Source of the DNA: Azolla caroliniana
Lineage: Eukaryota; Plantae; Polypodiophyta
Direction of reading: 5' to 3'
Length of the DNA: 64,000 nucleotides
Assembly: GCA_043228905.1 (NCBI GenBank)
Contig: JBHGNT010000010.1
Location: 19,530,001-19,594,000 of the forward strand
Below the pieces are notes generated by a model that was not told the DNA's origin, searched no databases, and saw only the letters and a program-made list of their open reading frames with translations. A program made the translations under genes and the position numbers. The stretch's first letter is position 1. Each line of letters begins with the position of its first letter. This document shows positions 36,889 through 49,829 of the stretch, in pieces.

Positions 36889-38043
36889 TCGTTTAACTCT
36901 TCATCTAATTGACTAAGGATTTCAAATTTATTTGAGATACTTGGGCTATTAGTACTATGAATACTATCAAACACTCTATTAGTACTATTAATACTATCAG
37001 ACACTCCTAAGGGAAGAATTGACTCAGGTTTAGTACAGGCTACAATTTGATTTACCTGTCTTCTTGGCCTATGGGGACAATTGATTGTGATATGCCCTGA
37101 TCCACCGCAATAAAGACATAATTGATTTGCACGTCGTTGTTGCTTTTCTTCTTCCGATAACGGGCCGCGTCGACGCATGATATCGATCTCCATCGGTGTC
37201 GAAGTATTTGCTTGAGGAATGTCTCGTGCAAATGGTCTAGCCGCGACTGCGGCGTAAGTGGGCTCCGGCCTAGCGCTTGGTATCTATAATTGACGTTCCG
37301 AACGCCGTTCGAAGAGGCGGTTGTTACATCGGACCGCTCGACTGATTGCCTCCGTAAGAGACTTTGGTTCTTTGGGGAAGGTTAGAAGTAGATCTTTGAC
37401 ATCATTTCGCAGGCCATAGCGAAACTGCTCCATTAGTGCTTGATCATCCCAGGGTATGTCGGAAGCGAGTAGGCGGAAATCCGCCGCATAGGCAGAGGCT
37501 GGACGATCGCCTTGACGCAATCGCCGGATCTTGTTGATCGCCGTCCTGATGCTGTCGGTGTCTCCAAAGCAGGCTTTGAACTCACTAATAAAATCTTCAA
37601 AGTTATTAAGCAAGGGCGATTGTTTTTCTAGAAGCGGAGCGAACCATGTTAAGGCTGAGCCGCTAAGCAACGTGCCTATTAAGCCGACTCGGGATGCATC
37701 AATGGGGTATCGGGAAGGATGCATTTGGAGGACTAATCGTACCTAATTAAGGAATCCCCTGAATTGCGATCGCGTTCCATCAAATTTCACAGGAAGTCCA
37801 ATCTTCGGCTCTTTATGAAATCCTTGGGGACTTGATCCTTGTTGTTGCAATGCCACTTCGAGTTGTTGCACCCGTAATGCTAACTCCCCATGTTGTTGTT
37901 GCGTTTGTTGCTTTTCTAGAGCGATTTGTTGAAGATCACCTATCAGCCGTTGTTTTTCTTGTTCTAGGGCAACAAACTTTTCTTTTAGGCACTGTAACTC
38001 GGAGAAAACAGATTGATATTCTTGGGCGCTAACAGTAGCCATA
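36885..38043 (-). pseudogene. gag: Chromovirus gag, interrupted by stops
   Basis: KFDGTRSQFRGF, retrotransposon-gag LRQGDRPASAYAADF, PMEID, CLYCGGSGH. Confidence 0.82.
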
Positions 38044-39613
38044 GTAGGGGGAAAAGGATAGGAGGATGAGGGAGAACGACAAGTAGGCTGGAAGAAAATT
38101 TGGTTCAAACTGTCAGGAATAGTACTAAAGCAGAGATGGAATTAGTACTAAGAAGAGTAGTACTATTAGTACTAAGAGGACGGGACTGCGTAAGATTCCC
38201 GAGAGAGAGGAAGTGAGAAGAGGAGAGAGAGAGAAATAGGATGATGACAGCAGCTCTTATATTATATGAAAGATAAGTACAAATCGGCTAAGAGGCTTAA
38301 GACTGGTGTTGAACCAATTTGGTTCAAAACAATGCCTTGTGCCTCCTTTTATAGTGTTTTTAGGAATAATCCTGAAGCTTCTAGAATGTTCCAAAGAGAT
38401 CTGGAATATACATCAATTTTCTATGATAAAGCATAAATGAAAATAATATCCTACAAAATACAATTCATAGTCTAATGGTAAGAGCTCGACCCATGTAGCA
38501 TAAGGTCATGGGTTCGAGTTTTGCCATATCATGACATGGACCGAGCCGCGAAGAAGCTACGGGTGGCGAGGGTAGAGAACAAAGGACGATTCGACCGGAC
38601 TCACCGACTGAGATCGAAGAAGATCGAGGAAAGCGATTGGGTTCTAGTGTATGACAGCAGCCTCAACAACCAGCACAAGGCAACGCGGAAGTTTGCAAGA
38701 AGGTGGTTCGGGCCTTATGCGGTGACAAGCGCCAACGACAATGGAACCGATAGCGGGGATGGCGGTACCGATAGCGGGGAAAAGACAAACCATTCAAAAA
38801 GTGGCACGAGGCTGAACCGGACCCGGACGACCTCGATAGCGACAACGATCGGCTCGAAATGGATGTCGATCCGGAAGACGAAGGATAAGAGTGGGCCGGT
38901 CTTCTCCGTCAAGAGTCTAATTTTGGCGCATACCGGTGGATGTGTGGTTAGGTGGGGGTGGATGTTGTGGGGAAAACCGTCCCTAGGCGGAAACCGGGTA
39001 TAACGTGTGTAAACCAGCCCTTACACGTGGGCACAAGTTTTGTTGTATAGTATGTATATAGGTACAAGTCGGTTGAGGTGAAATCCTAGGTAGCACGCAT
39101 TCATTAGGGAGAAAATCGGGGTGTATCCCTGTCTGAAAGGACAGGGAATTAACATGATGTAACGGGTGGTAACGACCTCCCTCCTTGGGGTATAAAAGAG
39201 AGGGAGAGGTATTGTAAAACATATCGCGTTTTGTGGAGGACGAAGTGTTGCCGGCCTGGAACCGAGCTCTTCTCCTCTGTCTTCTCCATAGTCGTTCTAT
39301 GCAAGTTTTCGGGAGGTTGACTCTGCTCCGCGGAACGCCCGAGTGCTTCCGGCAGAATCTCCATCTCGCGTTCTGTGTGTATGTGTGCAGGTGTCGGAGC
39401 CTATCACTCGCCGGCTTGCCGGTTGTAACTCCTTGATTTATATATATATATACATTCGTTCTGTCTCCTTTGTTCAACTCCTGTGATTCTGTGTGTCTAT
39501 GCACGTGTGAAGTACATCAGTAGTTTCCTTCCCCTCTCCTCATTCGGTTATTATCGGTCCAAGGCCCCCGTGGTCCTGCCTCGTTCTCCGTGCACGCACG
39601 TAACAATGCAACA

Positions 39614-40001
39614 ATGGGCGTAAAAATGTGACACCGTGCCTCCTCAGCATCCTCCGAAACCGGTCCTCCTCCACTGACAGTAGGAAGCTACCCCCACCGA
39701 TCTTCAGCTCTTGTAGCGTCTCATTTGTTAACCGGTGCCCTATGCCGGCCAGATCTCGTAAACTCGGGTTTGTCGCTACTCATTTCATCTGTTCCTAGTT
39801 GTCCTCCGGCAAGGGAGCCGCGACAGGCCTCACCTTCCAACCCACAGTCTTGTACTTGGTATCTATTCGGGCGGTCCGATCCGACCTGATCATCTTCCCG
39901 AAGTCCGTGATGACTTCGTATATCTCGACGGAATTTACCAAAACGACTCGGTCTTCACTAAGAACCTCCTGGACCACCCTCTTGACCTCCCCGAGTGTGT
40001 C
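39614..40001 (-). mobile_element. Gypsy pol fragment (G1 family, pre-RT region)
   Basis: TARIDTKYKTVGWKVRPVAAPLP...GGGSFLL..EEDRFRRML matches G1 Pol. Confidence 0.8.
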
Positions 40002-43000
40002 TATAGAAAGTAGCGTGCGGAAGCAGGTATGAAGACCGAACAGAAGGAAGGAAACTCAGGTTTAATGGAGAGCTTGAGCTTACACGGTATACGCAGGAGA
40101 GACAGAGAGAGTGAGAGAGAAGACACAAAAAAATATGTTCAACAATAATACTCAGTCTGTACATAAGACGTGCTCAGTGAACACTTTTATACAAGTCCTA
40201 GAAGGACTGACAGTACTTCAATGCTCATCAAGAGCTCCTACACTAACTCCCAAATATATTCCTCATGGAATATCTTTCCTAACGACCTCCCGGTTTACGC
40301 ACTCGGCCTAACCGATCGGTCCCAACCGATCCGGTCCTCAGCTTCTTTAGCCGATCTGGCCGATGTTGAGCTTGTCTCTCAACACTCCCCCTCAAGCTCA
40401 ACTTGAGGCTCTTCGGGATCTTCACAGCACCGGTTCCTCTTGGCTTCTCGCCTCGCTCGCGCTCCTCGACCTGTTCGACTCCGCGCGCTTCGACCCTTCC
40501 GGTCGGCTTGTCTGCTCATGCGGCCTTTATAAGTTCTTCTGCTGTTGCGGTGTTGACGCTTCTCCTGCTGCCTTTTCTTCCGCTTGGGCCTCGGTTCGAC
40601 TCCGCGCGTGGAAAACGGGGTTCTTCGAGAGTTGGATGCTGCTGAGGTTGTCGAAGTAGATCGTCGTTGGATCGGACACCTCCTCTTGTAGGTCCTTAAG
40701 TAGCCGCTTCAACCATATGGCTTCGCATGTCACGACAGCCGCTCCTCGGTACTCAGCTTCGGTGCTCAACAGTGCAACTATCGGCTGCTTCTTACTGCTC
40801 CACGCGATCGCGGCACTCCCGAGCGAGAACGAGTATCCGGACGTGGATCGGCGATCGGCGGCGTTGCCAGCCCAATCAACATCGGTGTAGCCGACTAACT
40901 GCGCGGCTGCAACAGTCCGATATAGCAGTCCCCGGTCCTTAGTGCCGTTGACATACCGAAGTATGCGTTGCACACACTGAAGGTGCTCCTCGGTAGGTCG
41001 CGCCATGAACTGACTGATCACCCCGACCGGATAACTGAGGTCGGGTCGGGTGATGGTCAAGTATATGAGGCTTCCGACAATTTGTCGGAACCTCGTCGGG
41101 TCGCATACCTTTCCCGTATCGGGACGAAGCTTGACGGTTCTGTCCAGAGGAGTTGAGACGGACTTAAAGTTGGCCATCCCAAGTTTGAAGAGCATACCCA
41201 GCACGTAATGACGTTGGCTGATCAATATGCCTTCGGGGGTACGGATCACTTCGATCCCGAGGAAGTAATGAAGGTCCCCCAGATCCTTCATGTCGAACGA
41301 TGCCGCAAGCTGGAGCTTCACGCGGTCGATTTCACCTAGGTCGGCGCCGGTGATGACCAAGTCATCAACATATAGTAAAATACTAACCGGTCCGAGTCGA
41401 CCTTTCCGGATGAACAGGGAAGAGTCCGATTTTGACGTGACGAAGCCCATCCGACGTAGTTGTTGCATGATCTTCGCGTTCCAGGCACGCGGGGCTTGCT
41501 TCAGTCCGTAAAGGGACTTCTTCAGTCGGCATACTGCCGAGGAGTTCGTTCCGGAGTGAAATCCGGGGGGTTGTACCATGTATACCTGTTCCTCAAGATC
41601 ACCTTGCAGGAACGCATTCTTTACATCCATTTGATGTAAGTGCCACCCCTTCGCCGTAGCTACTGCGAGCAAAACATAGACGGTCGTCATTTTCGCGATT
41701 GGCGCAAATGTCTCATCGTAGTCGATGCCGTGTTTTTGCGCGCAACCCTTTGCCACTAGCTGAGCCTTGTACCGGTTGACTGAGCCATCGGTGTTGTACT
41801 TGACTTTGTACACCCACCTACACCCGATCGGTTTTACCCCCTTCGGTGCGTCAACCAGGTCCCAGGTCTCGTTCTCCGCCAATGCGTGCATCTCTTCCTC
41901 CATCGTGGCACGCTAATTCGCGTCTTTAACCGCTTCTGCGTAGCTCTCCGGCTCACGCACTTCCGCTACACGGGTCATGTACGCATAATGATGCGCCATG
42001 TACTCGTATCCGAACCGCAAAACAGGATTCTTCTAGCGGGTAGATCGGCGTAATCTCACATTAGCCGATGTCGAGACCTTCTCGGTCGACGTGGTCTTCA
42101 CCTTTAAAGACCCATCACCGGTTCCCTCGGAGTCGAACTCGCGTCAGTCTGACTCGTTCCTATCCGTGCCAGAATCCGACACCTTCTTCTTTCCCTTTCT
42201 CTTTGCGCGTAAGTCGTCTCCTTGGCTTCCTGCGCGGGGAATGCACAGCCGAGTCTCCACTACTCGCCGGCTCTTCATCGGACTGGTCGTACCGACTCAG
42301 TTGTCCAATCGGTCCACCTAACCGGAGTGAAATCAGACTCTCGTCGCGGGTCTCGATTTCGGGCTCATCCGGAGGCATCTCGGCCTCGCTGACCTCATTG
42401 TCAGAGCTCGGATTCGAGTCGAGGTTCGTAGTCGGGGGCAGGTACCAGGACGCGGACTCGTCAAACACAACGTCGCGGCTGTTTGGTGCGAGGGTTATAA
42501 CACCAAGATGCATTTCTCGGCCTTTGCGTCCAGCTTCCTCCTTTTCTCCTTCAGTACATGCACATATGCAATTCTACCGAACACCCTCAAGTGTCGCAAG
42601 TTCGGCTTCGTTCCGAAATATAGCTCGTGCGCCAACACTTTGTCTCCGATCCGGTTCTGGATGTATACCGCGGTCCTTACCGCCTCGGCCCAGTAAAACT
42701 TGGGCAAGCTCTTCTCCTCCAGCATTGCCCGTGCCGCTTCCACAATCGACTGATTCTTCCTCTCGGCCACGCCGTTCTGCTCCGGCGTGTATCTACAACT
42801 GAATTCGCGCCGAATTCCCATTTGTTGTAGATAACCGTTGAATTGACCAGAAAAGTACTCTTTCCCGCCATCCGACCGCGGGCACTTGATCTTTCGTCCC
42901 GTTTCCTTTTCCACGAACCCTTTGAGGTCCCGAAAACAGTCGAAGACTTCGCTCTTCCTCTCAATGAGGTAGATCCACGTGTGCCACGTGTGGTCGTCGA

Positions 43001-44290
43001 TGAAGGAGACGAAATATCGGCTCCCGCCAAGACTAACGTTTTGTGCCGACCCCCATACATCGGAGTGTATAAGGTCGAGCTTGTTCCGGCTCCGGTTTTG
43101 CTCGTTGGGGAAGGGAAGCCGGTGTTGCTTCCCGAGCTGGCACGCTTCACAAATTTGTGCCTTTCGGCCACTAAATTATGGCAATCCAAACACTACCTGT
43201 TTCGATTGCAGATCTTGAAGCCGCTGGTGGTTGACGTGGCCTATCCGCTTGTGCCACAAGTCGATGTCCAACTCGGTCTTTTGTCCCTTTGCGAACATTG
43301 CGGTGCCACCATCAGTGGAGTCGAGGATGAACATCCTCCCGTCTCTGCGCCCTTGCGCAATCACACGACCTTCTTCCTCAATCAAGCACCCGAGGTGTGT
43401 AAACCAAACCTCCATCCCTTGGTCGATGATCTGTCCGAATGAGACCAAGTTTTTCGTTATTGTCGGAACGTGTAGTACGTTCATGAGTTTCCCTTTCTGC
43501 CCGACATGGTTAAGGGGAACTTCTCCGACATTCGCGATTGGATGCGAAGTGTCGTCTCCAGTTGCGACTACTCCAGGTTGTATCGGTTTTTCGAGGTACG
43601 AGAACCACTCCTTATGGCTCGTCATGTGGTTCGACGCGCCGGAGTCTACGTACCACACCTCGTCCGATCTCGGGGTGCTCTGTTTCACTGAGTTTGCTTC
43701 GTGTCTCGTCACGAAGACAGACCCTTCTCCGGCTCTCCCGGAGTCTTCGGCGTAGTGCGATCGCTGCCGATTTCCCTTGTCGGTATGTCTGGAGCCGTTC
43801 CCGGAACTAGTTCTCTCCGAATCGGCGCGCTGCTTCCAACACTCACTTTCCCTGTGGCCTTTCTTGCCACAGTACCAACACTCCGCGATGGACTTCCCTT
43901 GCCGGTTCTCATCGCTTCGACTCCCCCTGTTTCCGAAGGGTCCGGAGTTGCTGTCGGCATCACTTCGGTGCCTTGTTCCCTGATCTCGTCGGGCGCCTCC
44001 ATTGCGCGCCGACTCGTCTCGTCCTCCACGTCCACGGGGCCTATCTCCCTCCGTGTACAACATTTTGATGTCGGTGTGCGTGCTTGTAGACGCACCCGCA
44101 TGGTTCTCCTCTACCAGGAGCATTGACTGTAAGTCAAAGAAGGACGACGTATTCTCCCGGGTACACACAGCCGTTCGAAACGCTCCGAACTTCGACGCCA
44201 AGCCTCCGAGACAGATCTGGACCATCTCGCTCTCCTCGATGTTCACCTCTATGGAGGCGAGGGAGTCGCAGATATCGTGCATTTCCATGA
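40002..44290 (-). mobile_element. 5'-truncated Ty1/copia element D with 3' LTR about 40002-40384
   Basis: gag CWYCGKKGH and PR WYVDSGASNH (43176-44288), INT RSDGGKEY/TPEQNGVAERKN, RT-RH 40527-41903 (MDVKNAFLQG, YVDD), PPT AGCTTGAGGGGGAG. Confidence 0.92.
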
Positions 44291-44399
44291 ATTTGTTGGG
44301 TGTCGTGCATTTCCCAACGAACTACAACTACTTAGTCTCGGGCGCTTCGGGATTTGGGATTTGGGATCTTTATCATGCACTATCCAATGATAGACCGAA

Positions 44400-44800
44400 T
44401 TAGGGATGCCATTGACAAAACAAACTATTGGGTTCTAGAGCCGATTTTTGAATTTGGGTTCTAACATAGTGAACATAATCTTCTAGCAAGGAAAACTTCT
44501 GGCTAGAGAGCTTGATTAAAGCTTGTGTTGCCTCGGTTCGAGATAGAGGTTGCAAAAATTGACCCTTGAAAATGACGACAAAGTTTGTCCATGTATCAGG
44601 CAATTTCCCCGTAGTGCGGAGCCCACGCACCAAGCGACGGCCTTATCCCCTAGTTCTCGACTAACATAAGCAATATTCGTTCTATCTGGCTTGGGATAGA
44701 GCTCAAAATGAGACTCCCATCAACCCAGCCACATGCAGATTGCTTCTTCGATTCTTTCCTTTTTTTCTCCCGTAAATGGCTTTACGACAATGATGGTTCA
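44400..44800 (-). mobile_element. Very degenerate Gypsy gag-like fragment
   Basis: WESHF...LPDTWTNFVVIFKGQFL...LEDY, resembling a retrotransposon gag domain. Confidence 0.45.
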
Positions 44801-45295
44801 TCTTGATGATCATTGGGTCTATTAGTATCACATTGTATACTAATGACACGTGCCTAAAAAGCACGATGAGAATGCTGAATTTCGGAAATCTCGTTCAAGG
44901 TAGAGTTAAGGAAATTTTGTATTTGTAAAAAATATGAGTCAATGGGGATTTTGCCCTAGGAGGATTTACTTGAACCCCTTTCAGTTGGCTGGATGTTATC
45001 GAGTCATTATTATGAGCCATAACAATATAATTTCTACCAAAGAAATAGGATAGGGTCAGACAAATAGCCATAACATAATGTCGTGATGTAAACACATCAT
45101 GGGCAAACATTATTCGATATCATGATCTTATGTCAATAGCCCTCTAGACGTATGAGATGAGGTTCAAGATCAAGTTACTATGGTAACACAAAGATGTTTT
45201 AAAAACCAAGCAAGTGACAAATGAATGTTTTTCCCTGATCTCTATATCGATTTTTTCATGGAGGCTCCCCGAGGCTCAACCATGTATGTTCACGT

Positions 45296-46178
45296 TGTCT
45301 CGGAAATCCGCATGCACATGTCGGATCGGGTGGGACCACCGGAGTCACGGACCAGGAAGAGATGGATACCGGGAGACCGACTCTCTGTAGAACCAGCCAC
45401 GCTGACCGTGGCACAAACCGGAGCGATTTCAGACGCATATCGGAGGCTACTGAACAGAAGAGAGGGAGAGAGAGAGAGAGTACACGCGCAACACCGACTC
45501 AACGCTCGTCGCTTATGTACAGAAAAGGGGAAGAACGAAAACACACGCGACACTAACAAAGACACAAATGTGCACAATTTCTTATGAATGTATATACAAG
45601 CCCACGAAATTACAACACCAGTTCCAAGTCGGTCCAGTACCGAACAAATACAACAATCTTCTATAAGCAAGCACCAGTCGGGGAGCACTCGGGCTCACCT
45701 ACGAGAGTGGAAGCCTTGCACTAAAGACGGGCCTTCTTACCGAAGCACAGCAGTTGTCTGCCGCCAAGCCGCCAATCGGGGAGCACTCGGGCTCGCCTAT
45801 GCGAGTGGGGTCTTGCACAGGAGACAGAGCTATGAACAGAAACCCTCAGAGCATATGAGCTCTAAACCGGACTAAACCCTAACCAAGAAGGGAGATAGAA
45901 ACCCTAAATTGTCACTCCAAGAAGAACACCCAAAAGAAAGAATAAGAAGAAAGCTACCAAGCCCTAGATCTAACAGTATACTCTTCTAACTCAAAATGGG
46001 CAACCCCTCATAAGATCCCCTTCCTCTCCTTTTATAGCCCAAGGAGGGAAGGACATTACAATTTGGGATAAATATCCCCTTGTTATTTTATACATATTTT
46101 CGAATGTACATGTGCACATGGTACACATTGCAGACTTTGCCTATTCCATCTAGTTTTGGAACAAGAAAATCAATGACT
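45296..46178 (-). mobile_element. Gypsy LTR (G1-related), reverse orientation
   Basis: Shares GGCAACCCCTCATAAG...TTTTATAGCCCAAGGAGGGA...GGGATAAA with solo LTR 60630-61147; left terminus TGTC preceded by ACGT. Confidence 0.7.
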
Positions 46179-48845
46179 GTTGAGGGAGCTCTGGCACTCC
46201 GAAAGGCTGTCTACGAAAAGGACACTCCAATTTACGTAACGATAGACACGAGTCCGACTGGGATCGGATGGGTCGTCAACCAAGAGGACGAGGACGGCAT
46301 GCGTTTCCCGATCCGGTTTGGCGCAAAGGTCCTCAGCGAGCGACAACGAGGATACGCTCAGGTTAAACGCGAGTTCTGGGGTATTGTTTCGGCGGTAAAG
46401 GCCGATAAAGACTACCTGATCGGTGCAGAGGTAATTATCGAGACGAACTGCCTGCCAATTCTTGGCATGGTTTCCGGATGCGCGATGCCGGACCTGGCAA
46501 TGCTCAGGTGGATAGCGTACATCGAGTCCCTAAATCGGGAAATACGACACATTTCTGGGAAAGACAATGCCATGGCCGACATGCTTTCAAGGGCGAGGTT
46601 CGAAAACGAGGGCGGCATGGTTTCGGAGGACGAGGAAGTCGGCGTGGACTTCTTCAAGGCGGCTCACGTAACAACCGGCAGGGAATGCACTCCAACGCTT
46701 AATGATTTTGACAAGAGCAAGTACGCCAGGGAGTGGCTGCAGATCGGCAGGTTCTTGAAAACGATGACACCGGACGCGGCATGGACAACGGACGAGGCCA
46801 ACCGGATTCGGAAGAAAGCCTATTGATTCTTTCTCCGGGACGGGTACATATGGAAGCACCCGAAGACGAGGAACGACATCCCGCTCCGAGTGGTGGCGAA
46901 GAAGGAGGAACAGGAGGATTTGCTGGCGGCGTACCACGATAGTCCTTGGGCTAGACACCGTGGAACGTGGGCCACATTCGAAAAGCTAAAGGGGAAGTAC
47001 TGGTGGCCAAGACTATACCGAGACGTGCATCGGTTTGTGACGACTTGCGAAAGCTGCTAGGTCCACTCCATGATCCGACACTGGGACGAGCTCCACCCGA
47101 CCTACCCTCTGACCGTCCACTTCAAATGGATGGTGGATTTGGTGACAATGCCAATGGGGGTAGGACAGATGTGGTATCTGGTGCTGGCTCAGGAGGATCT
47201 AACAAACCAGGTTGAAGGCCGAGCCCTGCAGAACAAGACGACTGCAGCCGTATGCCGGTTTTTGATTGAGGACGTGGTATGCCGATACGGGTGCGTAGGG
47301 AAGATTGTGGCTGACCGTGGTGAGTTGGACGCAGAAGAGACCGAAGAGTTGTTCGACCGGCTAGGAGTCAAACTTTCGCTCACCATAGCGTACAATCCGG
47401 AGGCGAACGGGAAGGTGGAGCGCGGACACGGGCCAATTGTCAAAGCGCTAGTACGGGCGTGCGGAGGCCAAGTCGGGAACTGGTCACGACTGCTACCTTT
47501 TGCCTTGTGGGCGGACCGGACTACGCACAGTTCGGTAACCGGGTTCATGACGGCCGAGCTTATGTTCGGACAGAAGCCGATCATGCCAACAGAGCGAACG
47601 ATCTCCTCGTGGGCCACGGTGAACTGGAGGGATGAGGTGAGCCGGGAGGAACTGTTGGCGGCGCGTATTCGACAGCTCGAGCGGAGGCCGGAGGACGTAG
47701 AGCGTGCCGCGGAGAAACTTCGGGTAGCGAGGATAAGGAACAAAGCCCGGTTCGACCGAACACACCAGCTCCGGCCAAGGAAAATCGAGGAAGGCGACTG
47801 GGTGCTAGTCTACGACAGCAGCCTCGACAATCAACATAGGGCCACGCGGAAGTTTGCGAGGAGGTGGTTCGGGTCTTACGTAGTAACAGGCGCCAACGAC
47901 AATGGGACGTACCATCTCGCGGAGCTCGACGGTACGAGAATGGCAATACCGGTAGCGGGGAAGAGGATCAAAACGTTCAAGAAACGACACGACGGTGAGC
48001 CGGAGCTAGGGGGCATGGACAGCAACGACGAGCTGCCCGAGGTAGAGGATGAACCGGTAAACAAGGAATAAAAGCAAGGATCGGTTTTCTCCCGTAGGAA
48101 CCCAATTTTGGCCCATACCGGTGGATGCGCGGTTAGGTGGAGGCGGATGTCGTGAAGAAAACCGTCCCCAGGCGCAAACCGTGTATGGTGTGTGTGAACC
48201 GGCCCTTACACATGGGCACGCCCCTTGTTGTATAGTGGATAGGTAGGCACAAAGGTCAAATCCTAGGTAGCAATATTCTACAGGGGAAATCGAGGAGTAT
48301 CTCTGTCCGAAAGGACAGAGAATTAATGTGATGTAAACGGGTGAAACGGCCTCCCTCCTTGAGCTATAAAAGAGAGGGAGACGGGGGAGAGAAGGGAGCG
48401 CGCTAGAGGGGACGAAGTGCTGTCGGACTGGGACCGAGCTCTTCTTCTCTGTTGTTCTCCATAGCTTTCTTTGCGCAAGTTCTCAGGAGGTTGATCCTGC
48501 TCCGTGGAACGCCCGTGTGCTTCCGGCAGAATCTCCATTTTGCTCTCCTATGTGCGTGGGTGATCAGGCGTCGGCATCCATCTCGCCGACCTGATCGGCT
48601 GTAACCGTTCGAGTCGTCTGCATACATACAAATACATACACATATTTATATACATACGCTAGCGTTCTCAACTCGTGTCTCCTGTGTTGTTGGGCCGCGT
48701 CCCCGTGCGCTTCCTTTTCTATACGTGCGTGAGCGTCTCTCCCTCTCTGTCTCTCTGTCTCTCTCTCCCTCTTCTCACCTATTCCTCGGTCCAAGACCCC
48801 AGCGGTCCCACCTTGTTCTCCACGCACGCGCGTACCAACGCGACA
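46179..48845 (+). mobile_element. 5'-truncated G1-family Gypsy (RH-INT) with 3' LTR 48148-48845
   Basis: LRKAVYEK...DLAMLRWIAY, INT ORF 47070-48071, PPT AGGTGGAGGCGGA, LTR TGTCGTGAAG...GCGACA. Confidence 0.9.
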
Positions 48846-49783
48846 ACGGGTTGTCACCCCCGGTGGTGTGTATTTGAAACCCCAGGGTTACCCACAAATC
48901 CTTGCGCAGAGGATCGTTTGGAGCGGTTACGCAAGTTACAAGCGGATTTATCTACTCATCTACAGCAAGCTCAACAAACACACAAGGTTTACGCAGATCG
49001 TCAACGGCTTCCATCTAGTTTTAACATTTGAGATCTACGACACATCAAGACTAGTCGACCATGCAAGAAGTTGGATTATCGGCGATTAGGTCCTTTCCGT
49101 ATGATCGGAAAAATTAATGATGTCGCTTTTCGTCTCGATCTACCTCCACAACCTCGGATACATCTGGTGTTTCATAGTTCTCTCCTCGAACCCTATCAAG
49201 TCAGCACCATCCCAAGCCGTATTAAACAACCTCCACCCCCGATCGAACTTGAAGATGGACCTTAGTACGAGGTTGTTGCCATCCTCGATTCCAAGATTTT
49301 TCGCAACAAGCTTTACTATTTAGTCGATTGGCTAGGATATAGTCCCAGCGAGTGTACTTGGGAACCAATAGAGAATGTGACCAATGCTTGTGCTCTTCTT
49401 GAAGACTTCCATCATCAATATCCAGACAAACCGGGTCCTCAATCCAAAACGACTCGTGACACTCGTCGTTTTAAAAGGGGGATAGTGTCATGATATGACA
49501 AGACTCGAACCCATAACCTTATGTTACATGGTTCAAGCTTTTAACCATTTGACTATATGTTGTAATACGAAAGATATTATTTTCATTTTAAGTTTTACTA
49601 TGAAAAATTGATGTATATTTCCAGATTTCTCTGGAACATTCTAGAAACTTTAGGAGTACTCCTGAGAACACTATAAAAGGAGGCACAAGGCATTATTTCG
49701 AACCAAATCAGTTCAACGACAGTCTTAAGCCTCCTAGCTACGATTGTATATTCTCTTACCATAATATATATCTTTTGTTATCA

Positions 49784-49825
<42 letters not shown>
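48846..49825 (+). mobile_element. Chromovirus 3' fragment (INT C-terminus, chromodomain, partial 3' LTR from 49486)
   Basis: HPRW..LDYRRLGPF..YEVVAILDSK..YYLVDWLGY; PPT AAAAGGGGGATAG; LTR homologous to 38536-38111. Confidence 0.88.
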
Positions 49826-49826
<1 letters not shown>

Positions 49827-49829
49827 TTC

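Larger units (their letters stand above)
31929..38536 (-). mobile_element. Chromovirus (Tcn1/Tf1-like Ty3/gypsy), full length; LTRs 38111-38536 (5') and 31929-32354 (3'); TSD TGGAC
   Basis: 426-bp LTR pair (about 7 substitutions), TSD TGGAC at 31924 and 38537, PPT AGGGGGAGATAG, gag CLYCGGSGH, PR LLDSGA, RT YLDD, INT, chromodomain. Confidence 0.95.
23702..39613 (+). mobile_element. 5'-truncated non-chromovirus Ty3/gypsy host element; pieces 23702-24034, 31045-31928, 38537-38962 and 3' LTR 38963-39613
   Basis: RH/INT reading (DLAMLRWIAYIK...RIRKKT|Y..WKHPKK...RPEDVD|RAAKKLR) continues across two nested insertions; PPT AGGTGGGGGTGGA before TGTTGTGG...GCAACA. Confidence 0.88.
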
